Shown piece by piece: positions 30,001 to 42,700 of a stretch of DNA of 64,000 nt (positions are counted from its first letter, which is position 1; every line of letters starts with the position of its first letter). The DNA is from Balanoglossus misakiensis. Lineage: Eukaryota > Animalia > Hemichordata. Position numbers and translations under genes: made by a program. The stretch lies in contig CM082596.2 in assembly GCA_040954595.2 (NCBI GenBank), forward strand, positions 5,096,791 to 5,160,790, read 5' to 3'. Under the pieces are notes generated by a model that was not told the origin of the DNA, did not search any database, and saw nothing but the letters and a program-made list of their open reading frames with translations.

Positions 30001-30555
30001 AAAACCATGGGTTATAGCTCAGGAAAATCGTCAAAAATCGAAGATTTTTCGACTTTGGGAATTTTGAAAATTTGGTCATTTTTTGAAAAAACCATGGGTT
30101 ATAGCTCAGGAAAATCGTCAAAAATCGAAGATTTTTCGACTTTGGGAATTTTGAAAATTTGGTCATTTTTTGAAAAAAACCATGGGTTATAGCTCAGGAA
30201 AATCGTCAAAAATCGAAGATTTTTCGACTTTGCGAATTTTGAAAAATTTGGTCATTTTTTGAAAAAGCCATGGGTTATAGCTCAGGAAAATCGTCAAAAA
30301 TCGAAGATTTTTCGACTTTGGGAATTTTGAAAATTTGGTCATTTTTTGAAAAAACCATGGGTTATAGCTCAGGAAAATCGTCAAAAATCGAAGATTTTTC
30401 GACTTTGGGAATTTTGAAAATTTGGTCATTTTTTGAAAAAACCATGGTTTATAGCTCAGGAAAATCGTCAAAAATCGAAGATTTTTCGACTTTGGGAATT
30501 TTGAAAATTTGGTCATTTTTTGAAAAAACCATGGTTTATAGCTCAGGAAAATCGT
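1..30555 (+). repeat. 87-bp satellite DNA, subfamily A, about 351 head-to-tail copies (array continues beyond the left edge)
   Basis: Monomer CAAAAATCGAAGATTTTTCGACTTTG(G/C)GAATTTTGAAAATTTGGTCATTTTTTGAAAAAACCATGGGTTATAGCTCAGGAAAATCGT repeats with an 87-bp period; copies mostly differ by 0-3 substitutions or homopolymer indels. Confidence 0.99.
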
Positions 30556-31639
30556 CCAGAAACCTCAATTTTTCGACTTCGCCAATTTTCAAAATTTGGT
30601 GATTTTTCGATAAAAACCATGGGTTATAGCTCATGAAAATCGTCCAGAAACCTCAATTTTTCGACTTCGCCAATTTTCCAAATTTGGTGATTTTTCGATA
30701 AAAAACATGGGTTATAGCTCAGGAAAATCGTCTAGAAACCTCAATTTTTCGACTTCGCCAATTTTCCAAATTTGGTGATTTTTCGATAAAAAACATGGGT
30801 TATAGCTCAGGAAAATCGTCCAGAAACCTCAATTTTTCGACTTCGCCAATTTTCCAAATTTGGTGATTTTTCGATAAAAACCATGGGTTATAGCTCATGA
30901 AAATCGTCCAGAAACCTCAATTTTTCGACTTCGCGAATTTTCAAAATTTGGTGATTTTTCGATAAAAACCATGGGTTATAGCTCATGAAAATCGTCCAGA
31001 AACCTCAATTTTTCGACTTCGCGAATTTTCAAAATTTGGTGATTTTTCGATAAAAACCATGGGTTATAGCTCATGAAAAGTCCAGAAACCTCAATTTTTC
31101 GACTTCGCGAATTTTCAAAATTTGGTGATTTTTCGATAAAAACCATGGGTTATAGCCCATGAAAATCATCCAGAAATGTCAATTTTTCGACTTCGCGAAT
31201 TTTCAAAATTTGGTGATTTTTCGATAAAAACCATGGGTTATAGCTCATGAAAATCGTCCAGAAACGTCAATTTTTCGACTTCGCGAATTTTCAAAATTTG
31301 GTGATTTTTCGATAAAAACCATGGGTTATAGCTCATGAAAATCGTCCAGAAACCTCAATTTTTTGACTTCGCGAATTTTCAAAATTTGGTGATTTTTCGA
31401 TAAAAACCATGGGTTATAGCTCATGAAAAGTCCAGAAACCTCAATTTTTCGACTTCGCGAATTTTCAAAATTTGGTGATTTTTCGATAAAAACCATGGGT
31501 TATAGCTCATGAAAATCGTCCAGAAACCTCAATTTTTCGACTTCGCGAATTTTCAAAATTTGGTGATTTTTCGATAAAAACCATGGGTTATAGCTAATGA
31601 AAATCGTCAATTTTTCGACTTCGCGAATTTTCAAAATTT
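30556..31639 (+). repeat. 88-bp satellite subfamily B at the array edge (12 full copies plus 1 truncated)
   Basis: Monomer CCAGAAACCTCAATTTTTCGACTTCGCGAATTTTCAAAATTTGGTGATTTTTCGATAAAAACCATGGGTTATAGCTCATGAAAATCGT starts at 30556, 30644, 30732, 30820 and onward; 13 differences from A in a manual alignment. Confidence 0.97.
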
Positions 31640-31650
31640 CGGCATTTTAG

Positions 31651-31699
31651 TTAGGCTCGGTCTTATTATAGTCAGTAACTATAATGAGACCGAGCCTAA
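31651..31699. repeat. Near-perfect hairpin (22-bp arms, 5-nt loop) directly after the satellite end
   Basis: TTAGGCTCGGTCTTATTATAGT-CAGTA-ACTATAATGAGACCGAGCCTAA; 21/22 Watson-Crick pairs plus one G-T pair. Confidence 0.95.
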
Positions 31700-32394
31700 T
31701 GAAATTTTGAATGTTTTATGGAGAAATGTACATGCATGTGAGATAACCTTGCAAATAAAATGTAACACAATCTTGTCAGATATTTTCCAAATTAACCATA
31801 CTTTAATTCTAAGATCCATAACACCAACAACAGATATATGTATCCATGGGGTTATTGGGCATTTGGCCATGTCATAGTAAGCAGAATAAAAATTGCAACA
31901 TGACAAAAATACGGCACTATCGTCACAACTCAATTAAGTGATACAGCAACATGTATTCCTGTGACAATATTTGAAAGTTGGCATTACAGACGGGGATAGA
32001 AATCTCTTTTCTGATATTACAAACAATTTCTTCCAAAAGCAGTTTTTTTTTCTGAGCAACTCAAACAATTTTGTTTTTCAAAGCAACAATTTGAAATTTC
32101 AACCATAATAGACTGGTCTACCAAATAAATCATATTACTTAAAATGTTCACATAACTACATGTACATGAGGATTATTTAAAAGATCGCAAATAATAAAAA
32201 AAAACTCCTTAAATATACATCAAATGGTTTCATGGTTAAATTAATGCTAGCATATTTTAGACTACTCTTACATATAATCTTGACAAACTGATGATTGTTT
32301 TGCTTCTCCTGGTATCTTCTTATTTCTTGTTTTTCTTCTCCTAAAAACAAAGAAAATTAATTTTTTTGAGCGTGTATGAGATTACAATCAATGC

Positions 32395-32775
32395 AAATGA
32401 CATGAAAATGCTGAAGGTGACCAAAATTCGCAAAGTCAATAATTTGTTATATTTTGGGTGTGTATGAGTTAAGCCATGAATATGACATGAATATGCCAAA
32501 GGTGACCAAAATTCACAAAGTAAGAATTTGTCATTTTTTGGGCATGTATGAGCTATAATGCATGAGTATGCCAAAGGTGACCAAAATTCACAAAGTCAAG
32601 AATTTGTCATTTTTGGGGCATGTATGAGCTATAATCCCTGCATATGACATGAAAATGATGAAGGTGACCAAAATTCACAAAGTCAAGAATTGGTCATTAT
32701 TTGAGCATGTATTGAGCTATAATCCCTGCATATGACATGAAAAAGGTGACCAAAATTCACAAAGTAATAATTTTT
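32395..32775 (-). repeat. Five degenerate, inverted copies of the 87-bp satellite family (layer C)
   Basis: GGTGACCAAAATTC(A/G)CAAAGT recurs (CCAAAATTC at 32421, 32506, 32581, 32668, 32750; periods 85/75/87/82). Shares TGAGCTATAA, AAAATGA and CAAAATTCGCAAAGTC with the reverse complement of monomer A. Confidence 0.85.
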
Positions 32776-33306
32776 CACATGTGGAAAATTCACTACATCA
32801 TTTTTGTCAGAAACACAGTATCCATGCATACCTGGAAATATATTATCATCTCTCAAATCATCTCAGCTGGCAACCTCTGTCCTCTTCTGTCTCTTCACAT
32901 TTGAAGCTCTGACCTGAAGGGTCAAAATCAAATACCAGGTGTCAGTCAATCTATTTGAATACAACCGCAAGCCAACACATTCACATACAGTAAAATCAAC
33001 TGTGACTTTTGGTAGCGTGAAATCATGCAGTATTTAATGCAAAACAGGGTAAAGGTCAGCACCGCAAAAATAATATTTGACATTATAATATTTGACAGTT
33101 TGTGTGTCTGCAAAAACTGTCGGAGTATTGGCTCTTGCGGCCAACAGTCCAACGTTTATTAGTATGCTGGACAATTAGTACAGCAATCCAAACTGTACGT
33201 CAAAAGATATGTTGCCGGATATCAGCAACAGTCAACGAGGGAATCGGAAATTTGACCCCGAAGTAATAAAATTAGCATAGACCTGTGTTCTATTTGAAAT
33301 TACTAG

Positions 33307-33605
33307 TATATTATACCAGTATATTGATGGTGTAAATCACGCTATTTTATTGGTCGAGACACGACACGTGACTGTGATATATTCGTCACATACCACAGTC
33401 ATATATCATAGTCAAAGAAAATGCCTTTTTAAAATGTTTTATGCAAAGTTTCAATATACTGGCATAATATAATAGCAATAAAACACCCCAGCCATGGTAT
33501 ACCACTCGATTTTGACCAGTTCAACTCCATATACGCACTCGCTATCGCTCGTCGTGAACTGGTCAAAATCGAGTGGTATACCATGGCTGGGGGTGTTTTA
33601 TTGCT
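33307..33605. mobile_element. Non-autonomous palindromic DNA element made of two adjacent hairpins (MITE- or Crypton-like; family uncertain)
   Basis: Inverted repeat 33307-33327/33451-33471 (20/21 match) abuts inverted repeat 33474-33523/33555-33605 (50 bp, one indel); no ORF. The mobile-element assignment is inferred from architecture. Confidence 0.6.
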
Positions 33606-33744
33606 CATTTAATTAATTAATTACTGCATAATAGGAACGCATCTTAGAAGACAAGCTAGCGTATACCCCCCCCCCCCCCGGGTGAAGAGCCACGAGCGTG
33701 TGAAATACTGAACCCTGGGGATTGCGCAGACTGGGGGCGATCAG

Positions 33745-36700
33745 TGACGTCATCTCGACTTGCGATCGAAGTCAAAGAGATCAGCGGTATTTCTTCCACT
33801 CCCGAAACGTGTGAAAAATCAATACGGGAGACTCCAGGCAATATAATCATGGTGGTTACCGGTTTTCGAAGAAAGACGAAAGTAACATATACATGTGCTT
33901 GTATATCACATTCAAGAAGTTTCCGTCTCGTTATGAAAAAATATAGGTATGAAGCCAAAGACCCGATCAAGCCACCACCAGAAATTTTATTCGAGTCATA
34001 TAATCGAATAATCTCTGATCTAGGCCTATGTGTCGACATTTATAAGGAAGATGCGAGGGTGGATATTTTGCGTAATTAAATTCAAAATTTGATTTGCAGA
34101 TCATAATTCAGTCGGAACCTCAAGAATACCGCAGGGCTTGTGACCTCAGGAGGTCTGACTCATTGAGCGGATCCAAGAACTACGGACTGTTTTTTTTCAA
34201 TTTTCTCAGACTTGGGACATCGACCCGTCGATGGCAGTGCGTGATGATTCAGTCGTATTTGACTCACACCAGGCTCTAACGATGATGAGTTCCATCGATT
34301 TCGGCAATGATTGTACTATTTCACTGAAACATCTCGGGTTGACGTGTATGCACACCGCATTTCCAACAGAACAGTATAAATGAATGAATGCAGACACGAC
34401 ACAATTTTCGAACAAAAGCTGCGTCTAATCGAACTCTTACACAAGTTCGGTGAAATCAAAGCCGCTTCATGTTCTCGACCGCATCGAAATTCGATAGCGA
34501 CAGTCGATAATATATCAAAGAGAAAAGGGGTCACAAAAAACTGGCTGGGGACCAACTCTTTGTGATTAAAATATATACATTGACAGAATCCCGAACTTAC
34601 AAAACTCTCGGGAAATGTATTACCTCACACTAAACGGTGACGGAGAGGTTTCTTGGTCGTCGGCGGGAGATGGCTCTATCTAAAGCAAGTGAAGTAAACG
34701 TCCCCGGTAGACTCGGCTAAGAGATAAGCCCTTATTCTATTAAAGTATCACAACAAATTGTCCGACATGAGACACTCAATGATTGCGTTTCGATCAAATT
34801 CTAAGCGATGCTGTCTGGCCAAGATCCCCAGGTTATAAATCGAGATAATCACTCACAAGCCTCGGTCTATGCGAACGACATTCTTAATTAAATTGCGTGC
34901 TTTTGTCAGAATAGTAACTGGATTTATATCATTTTATTTTATTTTAACAAGTAATATTTACTGCATGTACTGGGGTGACGTCAAATTAGTATTTAAGTTT
35001 TTTATTTTATGATTCCACTGTTCTTTCTACTGGTTTGGGTGTAGTTTAGCCGGAGAGTAAATGGTGGAAAATAATGTTTTTGATGCGAACCACCGCTGGT
35101 TATAATATGCGTATACGTTTGTTCAATTTGCTTGTTCCGGCGATTAGCCGAGTCAGAATGGTTTAAATTAATTTGTTTCTACAACCGAGATGGTATGTAA
35201 ATAAAAGCGCCATTTAGACGTGATCCGCAAGCCATAATCGCGCTTGTCTTAGGGGGCCTCCCTCGGGGGGCGGGGTTCTCCCATTGACGAGTGCGTTGAT
35301 CGGGAATATAGAACGGTGCAGTGGCAGGGGCGTCCTGCCGTGGTATACGTACGGACATTAAATTCAGGGAGCGACAAAATGGTGGTCGTGTTGGCAACGG
35401 TGTAAGAATGTTCCCATGTCGGATTTTGTTGGTGGTGGCGGTCGCGGCTGTCTATCTTTTGACGACAGGTGGGTCGCCTTCCATTTCATGTTAGAAAATC
35501 GTTTGCAATTCACAATTTGTATTTCTGATCAGGGGGAAAAAATGTACCACGCAACAAGCTCATCTGGTTATATCATCGTTCTGCGATGAATCCCTATTTT
35601 CATTCCAGGGTTTTAAAATTAGCTGTCATTAAATACCTACGTTACAAAGTGCCGGTGCGCAGAGTAGGCAAAGACGCTGATGACTTCGGATGACGTTTTT
35701 TATTTTTTATTTTTTATTCATCTCCACTCATTTTTTTCCCTAATCACAACTGAAGACTCTCGGATGTGTGGTCCCGGGTCCCTTGAGCGCCGAGAGAAAT
35801 CAATATTTTAATGTCTAAACCGCCCCTCGATCGAGTGATTAAATCGACAAAGAAACCCAAATCGGCAGTCATTAAAATCCGCGCATTAAACTCGCGTGTT
35901 TTCGGGAATTTGTTCAGCAGCTCAGTCACCGGGCTAAGGTTCAATTCATCGCCGTCTCTCGCACTGCCGTATCAGGTGTACGTGCAGATCCACTGACATC
36001 GCCATGCGCGCATTTGCGCGTGCTGGCAGCTGCGCGCTGGGCAGCACGCTGTTTAAACTAGTCTTGCAAACTTATTTGAAAGCTCTGTAACTTCGGTTGA
36101 TTTGACACCGGTGTCTTGATCACAATTTTTCGACTTATCCAGACGCTTTCCATTCTGTCACTATAATCACTGGCTTGACTCGACATATCAGCGTCCCTGG
36201 ATTAAACTTGATAGATCGGATCATAATTATTAACATTGCAAGTTCGTGTCGAATGTCAAAGCCAATCGTAAAGCCATAAAATTCAGCTCTGAAAACGCGA
36301 CTGAAATGTCTGCCCCTTAGTGTGACGTTTTCAAATCACTATGTCCACTTCCTTCGTCTGTCTATTTAGTTCTATTCTATTTGCCCCACGATTGTCTTTT
36401 CAAACTTTACTTTCTACGGTTTCCTTTACACCAGCGCAATTCCATTGGTATCATTGTCCCTTTAATCGCGGTTACGTCTGCTTCTATCCCTTTATTTCCG
36501 CTCTTAGCTTTCCCTCCATTTCTCCACTTGTTGTAGCAAGCCAAACAATGTCTCTGTTACGCCATCATCTTGTTAGGTAAGTTTAAAAGCACGCCCTTTC
36601 GCAATACCATAGGTATTTCTTAAGTGTGAATTTTTCACCACACGATATGAAGGCATTTGTAATATTGCAGAGGAAAACTCGTTTAATAACCAGACCAAGT

Positions 36701-39700
36701 ACAGTTCACTGAGCTATAGTATCGTAACCGATGCACTGTCTTCCAATAACTTTTGACCACAGAATCCCAGGTGCGAACGGTCTTGACAAACCCGTCAAGG
36801 TCACCCGAAGTCGCCTCTGCCCTTCTAATACTGAATGGATAACGTTATTTCCGAGACAGGTCTCACAGCGACCGACATTCACTGTTCACCATGTTGAGTC
36901 ACAATGCGTAAAATTTTGCTTTAAAACCGCGGTTTGAGATTGAAAGGTGCCGCGAGGAACTGTGGGGTGTGGGGTTCTGCTGCTGACTATAGGAATACTG
37001 GTATACCATGTATACAGTTACTCAACAACTCCATAGTGCCGGCCAATTCACCGAGCTTGCCTTCGGGCGATGGGGGGAGGGTGAGGGGCTCCAGTATCTG
37101 CAAAAGTGCTCACGGCACTGCAATGGAAATTTGACAAAACAACAACAACAACAACAACAACATTGTTCAGCTTGGAGAATATGGGCAGTGAAGTGCGAGG
37201 AAAATCGTCAGCCGTACAGAATCAGGATCGTCAAGTGTGTTACCACGGGGCCAACCGAACATAACGGTGCCCTGTTTGTCCAATGTGCATTATCCCTTCC
37301 CAAATATTATCAAGGTAATTCACCAGCCGACGAGACATAGCAATGACTAACGTCACTGTGTAATTAGCATCACTATTTAGCGACTTTTAGTTGACAATTA
37401 AAGTTTAAACAGCTTTGGTAGTAAATTGGAGTGGGTGCTTACACGGTCATGTCTGACTGGCGCCTGCTAAAATTAAAAGCTTACGGTCACATATCTGTTG
37501 GCCCGGGCTAATTTGGAAAAAGGGAAGAGTCTTCATCTAACAGACTCCAATTTCTATCGATCGGTTTAAGGCTAATTAGAATCATGCATTTTGTTTTGAA
37601 TAAATAAGTAAATGGACAGCAGACGGTGATATGCGATCTAAAGGGGGGGGGGGTGACGTAACGACAACCAAATTTACCCGGATTAATCATGTAAGCTCTT
37701 TAACAGAGACAGGTACTATATGCATTAGGCAGAGGTCGCTATGATACGATTACAAAGCTGTGTTGACGTGTAACGGGTACCCGTTGTAAAGAGGTAGGAT
37801 GACGTCACTATTTCACTAGTAAAGCCTGTGGTTGCAGAAATGTCAATTCGAATATTGTACGACAATATGGCTTTGTTGTTTACACGCATGCGCTGGAGTA
37901 AACATCTTCCAAAACAGTCGTCTGTTGTCCTGTACGAGGCCAGCTTCGAATGCATAATTCGTGAAACACGCAAATTAGACTTTTAGGTTGATGGGGAAAA
38001 CAATAATACATCATGATTAATTTCTCCGAACTGCCAAGTATATCACACTCTGCAAACACATGTACATTGACGAGAATTTATTTGATGTCTTTTTCAAGAT
38101 TTATGACTTTCTATCTATGATTTACGACAGTGTACTTTTATCTGCTTTCATTACATTGGAAAGGCAACTGGATTCAACCAGATCGAACCTTGTACACCTG
38201 AGAATTCATATTTGGTTTATATGTCAGGAAATGTTTGAAAAATTTTGTTAATTACTAGTTTTTGCAAAAGACAAACGTGGTGGTAGTCTCGCCGGATTAC
38301 GTGACGTCATCGTGGGGAAATCTGCACCAAAACACTGCGTCTCACACAGTAGCATGTACGCTAAGTGTATTCGTTCATTTGGATAAAAAAAATATACAAA
38401 AGCCGGAAATCATATTTGTCGGGGAAATTGAATACCGCGAGACTGTTTGCACTATTCCAAGTGAACTAATTAAGGAGGCCGCCACGAGTTGATGTTTATG
38501 GGTGGCTGCGCATGACTGCACGCACGGGCAATAATTCCTATGATTGAGGTCTTGCTCTCTGCGATCGCCGACGTCCCGTGATGCAAGCGATTCCCATAAT
38601 GCGTGTGGTGCAGACGATAGGTGGATTATCGGGAGATTGAGATAAGACATGGCGAAGTGGCGCGCGGAATAATTGCCGTCATCTATCGGAGAGAGAGAGA
38701 AAAAAAAACGTCCTCGCTGCAAAGACAATGCGATTTGGAAACACTTGCCATGCATGCATGCGTTAAAAGTGCTTTATATTCCCCCACCGAAGTTAATTCG
38801 ATTTCATGCCCGGTTAGGCTAGCGTATTTCATTTCCCCGGGGGCCACCGGGGGATTGATCAAAATGTCGATATTGCCCGCCGGCTTTTCTATTAACCGTG
38901 CAAACTCAACTGCGTCAATACAGAGAAAAAAACACACCGTTCGATATTCAACGCAAGGCCGATGCGATATGTTTGCAACGAGATAGAAACTACATTACAG
39001 TGACTTCTATGGTTTGCTCGTTTAATGCAGCCATTCTAACTTCACGATAATTTGATACCATTTAGCAAACGTGCCAGGCTTGAAATTTCCCATTAAACGG
39101 ACCACTTAAAACGACGTTTTAAAATCTAAAAGACACAGTGCAGCGTTATGATGGCGTAAAAGCAGTGGTCGGTATTTTGCCAACAGTGCTTATAGATTGT
39201 GTTTTATGTTCCAATAAACTAGAAACAAACGCTGTCTTTATCAATCGTAAAAGATGTTAAAAACCATCTAACGATTAGTGGCCGTTCTGTCTGAAGAATT
39301 TATTTCTTGGCTCTGGTTTTATTTAGTGGTGGTTTTAAAATCCGATGAACGATTCGATTTGAACGTGTAATTGCGGATTTTCACGATCGTCTGCTAAGTG
39401 ATTATTTCCTTGTCTGGAAAGGGATGATGACGTCACAACAAATAGGGGAGGAGGGGGGGGGGGGCAAATATCAGCGCCTGCAAAATACACATCGTCAAAA
39501 TAACGAAATCCTGGTGAATGACACGTTTTAATCGCACGTCGCTTGAGAATACCACGCGAGGTCGTATGCGAAGTCACACGCTCCGTTGATGAAACTGCTA
39601 TGATTGATTCGGGCAGCGAAGGTCCGGCACGGTGATTTGTAATTTTTCCGACATTGAACCTTGTTTCCGGTTGTGCAGTCGGGCGAGAACTGATGTCGAG

Positions 39701-42700
39701 ACCACATGAACGAACTCTGACGAGAAGCAAATCAACCAACAGTGCAATGACTCTGACAGTTTTTCTCAAGAATGATATCTGTTGGCATCAGAGTTCATGT
39801 TCGCGGATTTCCGAGGGTCTGTACACCCTTTTGATTTTTGAAAGGTGACTGCGGCTGTGAGCAGTCTATGTCTCAGGTAAAATCCTGGCAAACCTTAGCG
39901 AAGGACCTCGTTTAAAAGTACCTCCGAGTCTTAATAGATATCGATATTTCATCACGTGGTATTCTCCATCATAGACTCGAAGTACACGCAGTGCGCCGAC
40001 ATGCAGTGTATACACCCTTGGGCATTCGCTGATCAAGCGAACCGCAAACAGCTCTAAAAATACCGCATTTGGTCTCTATCAACAGAATTGATCATTCACG
40101 CACTTTACAAATTAATTCAAGGCGATATTGTGACTATATTTAGCCCAGTGAGTGCGTGGATAAACCTCGTGACATCACGCAAAGGAATGGTAAAGGTCGA
40201 TGGAGTTCAATTTCACACTTAGAACGTTTATATTAACAAAGTGGTTTATTGGCCACACATCGCTGACGAGTGCATTGCCACGCTAAATGTTGAGATTAAA
40301 CCTTTATGGGTGGTTTGCATTCTCTACAACGGCAAAGTCAAACAGTGCAACGAACATATTATATATAGGGACATCCGAGTTTTCTACATGTATTTTTAAA
40401 ATAATATTATACTGGGTCTACTGGCGGCGTCCGTTTTCATGTATTCATATTGATACGCACACACATCAGCAAAACTAAGATACTGTAACGATTGATGGGA
40501 GCGACCCCTGGTTCTGTTAATTAAACGCCCACAAAACGCTGCCAGATTACGTTTAGCATCGCTAACGATGTTGAGTTCGAGAACCAACAGAAATGAATCA
40601 CACATCTGCATGCAATACGCCGGTTGCGAATCTCGCAGATGCGTTCTGTGTTCACAGTGTATGGGAATTGCGGTATTCCGGTGAAATTGTCGCTCCTGAA
40701 ATCCAACTCTCTGTTTACCTTTTCGGCAACTGCTTACAAAAGACATCCAAACCATTGAAGTCCACGTACAAGAAATGATACACGCCCCCCATGGTCATGT
40801 ATTTGAAACTTTATTCTCTTGTAACACGGATGTCAAAGTTTAATCTCAAAGTGTATACGCTTTATGTTGAGAGTGTACCCAAGTAAACAACTCTCTCTGA
40901 GGGGGAGCGTGTTTCCAGACTACCATCTGTAATTAGTCTAATGATACCGCATCTCTTTTATGAGAGGTTCTGTTGTTTGTGTTAGATAAACACATCGTGT
41001 GTTCAGTGCACACAGGACGTCTAGATCACATATTGAATCGGCGACCTTTCATAATTTCGGCTGTAGTTGAACCACTGTTTATGGATTGCACGCACTTGAT
41101 ACAAGACCCACAGCTCACCAGGTTTCTGGCATTTTTTTTCTACATTCATTCAATACCAACATTTGTTTAGCAGTTCCATGTTCGGATGACAAAAAAACTC
41201 TTGTAGGCTTTTACAAGCGATTACTCCTCTCAAAGATATCCAATAATTGCCGCCTTAACGATTGTCGATAAGGTCCACGCCAGATCGATGAGCAGCGTTT
41301 ATAGTGTCTGGTTTGCGAAATACAGTTTTTCAATTCTACAATTTTAATATAATCCCCGTTGGTTTCTAAGACATCGCCGGACACGAAGGAAACCTATGGT
41401 GACATACCAGCTACCACAAAACCACAAGTAATGTTATAGGTGTGTAGGACTTAACAACAGATGGGGCGCCCTTCATTGTTGTTATTCTAAAGATTGTCGG
41501 CTCCACTGATAAAAGGATGTTTATTTAACGGGGAAAATACCACGGCCACTGCAGCCAAAAGTACACCTATCGTTCTATTTAGACCCTTTCGAATTTGTTT
41601 GTTTTGACAATGTACGACACCTGTATTTTACAGTGAATGAACAAATCGGGCCTTCTTAGTGTTCAAGATAATGAAAATTACTCAAAGAATCATCATAAAT
41701 GCCGAAAGACGGTATTACGAGCCTCCAGGGGAAAGCTTCCAAACCCCGACATTGAAAGTGGATCGGGTCGCCAAAAAACCAGCGCCGACAGTCCTCGGGG
41801 TTTATTTGACATTCCAGACTCAGAACTTGAAGAAACATTATATGCGTTTTCAAAATTGGAATATGTCTCTGGCGGCATGTATCGTAATAGCATCAATAAT
41901 GCAAACTAGATTGCTGCTGGTCGCAGGTTCCTAGTACGAATTGTGGTTTCAGAATCCAGCCGCAAAGAATGGGTGGGTTTAACTTTTTAAAACTGTCCCA
42001 AACCCCCTAGACTTATTACAATCTGCATCGATCTACACCCTGAAAGATGACGATTTTCTTGTCGACAATGATCATTAATAATTGACGGAATAATTAGTGA
42101 TTAAAACGGGGGCTATATTGTTGTCGACGGCTGGAAAATGAAGAGGGGCCGGGAACACACAAGCGGACACCGTTATCTCTCAATTGAACAAATACCATAA
42201 ACTCGTTTCAGAGTTGAAGGCGATTTTCTCTCCATAAAAGGAAAATCGATGACGCGGGTTTTGTCGGAGTTTGTGGTCGATACCCAAGAACAGTGCAACG
42301 CTCGTAGAAATAAACGTGTTCAACTAAAAGCCAAATAATTCCAGAATAAACTAGCCTAGAAGTTAAAAATAGCGTCAAGGACACTGTGCTCTCATTTGAC
42401 TAGAACTTGTTCAAGTGTTACATGCATATCCGTTCTATTTGTACTTGTACTGATAAAATGCCACCATAAACAAACAAGGGCACCTTTGCATAATTTATGA
42501 GATATTGGATGAATTTGATAGAATGCATTCCAATGACCCCCAAACCAAAGTTCAAAGCAATTGGACAAGCAGCTATCGAAAATGGATGTATTGATTTAAA
42601 ATGCCCAACGATCTCGTGATAGTGAAAGCTCCATCAACCACGTGACCAGAACGTTTTTTGAAAGATTGTAAACCGTGCACGTTCCCCTAGAGAACCGGGC

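Noticed and set aside
1-30555. GGGTTA in each monomer as a telomere-derived repeat
   Set aside because: A single hexamer per monomer and no (TTAGGG)n run anywhere in the window.
130-30602. Very long ORFs on both strands (up to 2284 aa) made of 29-aa repeats
   Set aside because: 87 is divisible by 3 and one frame per strand lacks stops. Frameshifts and stop variants (TTTTTTTAA, TTGATC) occur and even spread; there is no unique domain, start context or third-position bias.
1-31639. CRISPR array or CENP-B box
   Set aside because: No unique spacers, no cas genes and a eukaryotic context; TTCGACTTTGGG does not fit TTCGnnnnAnnCGGG.
42470-42600. Possible degenerate interspersed-repeat fragment
   Set aside because: Only a vague resemblance; no termini or second copy in the window.
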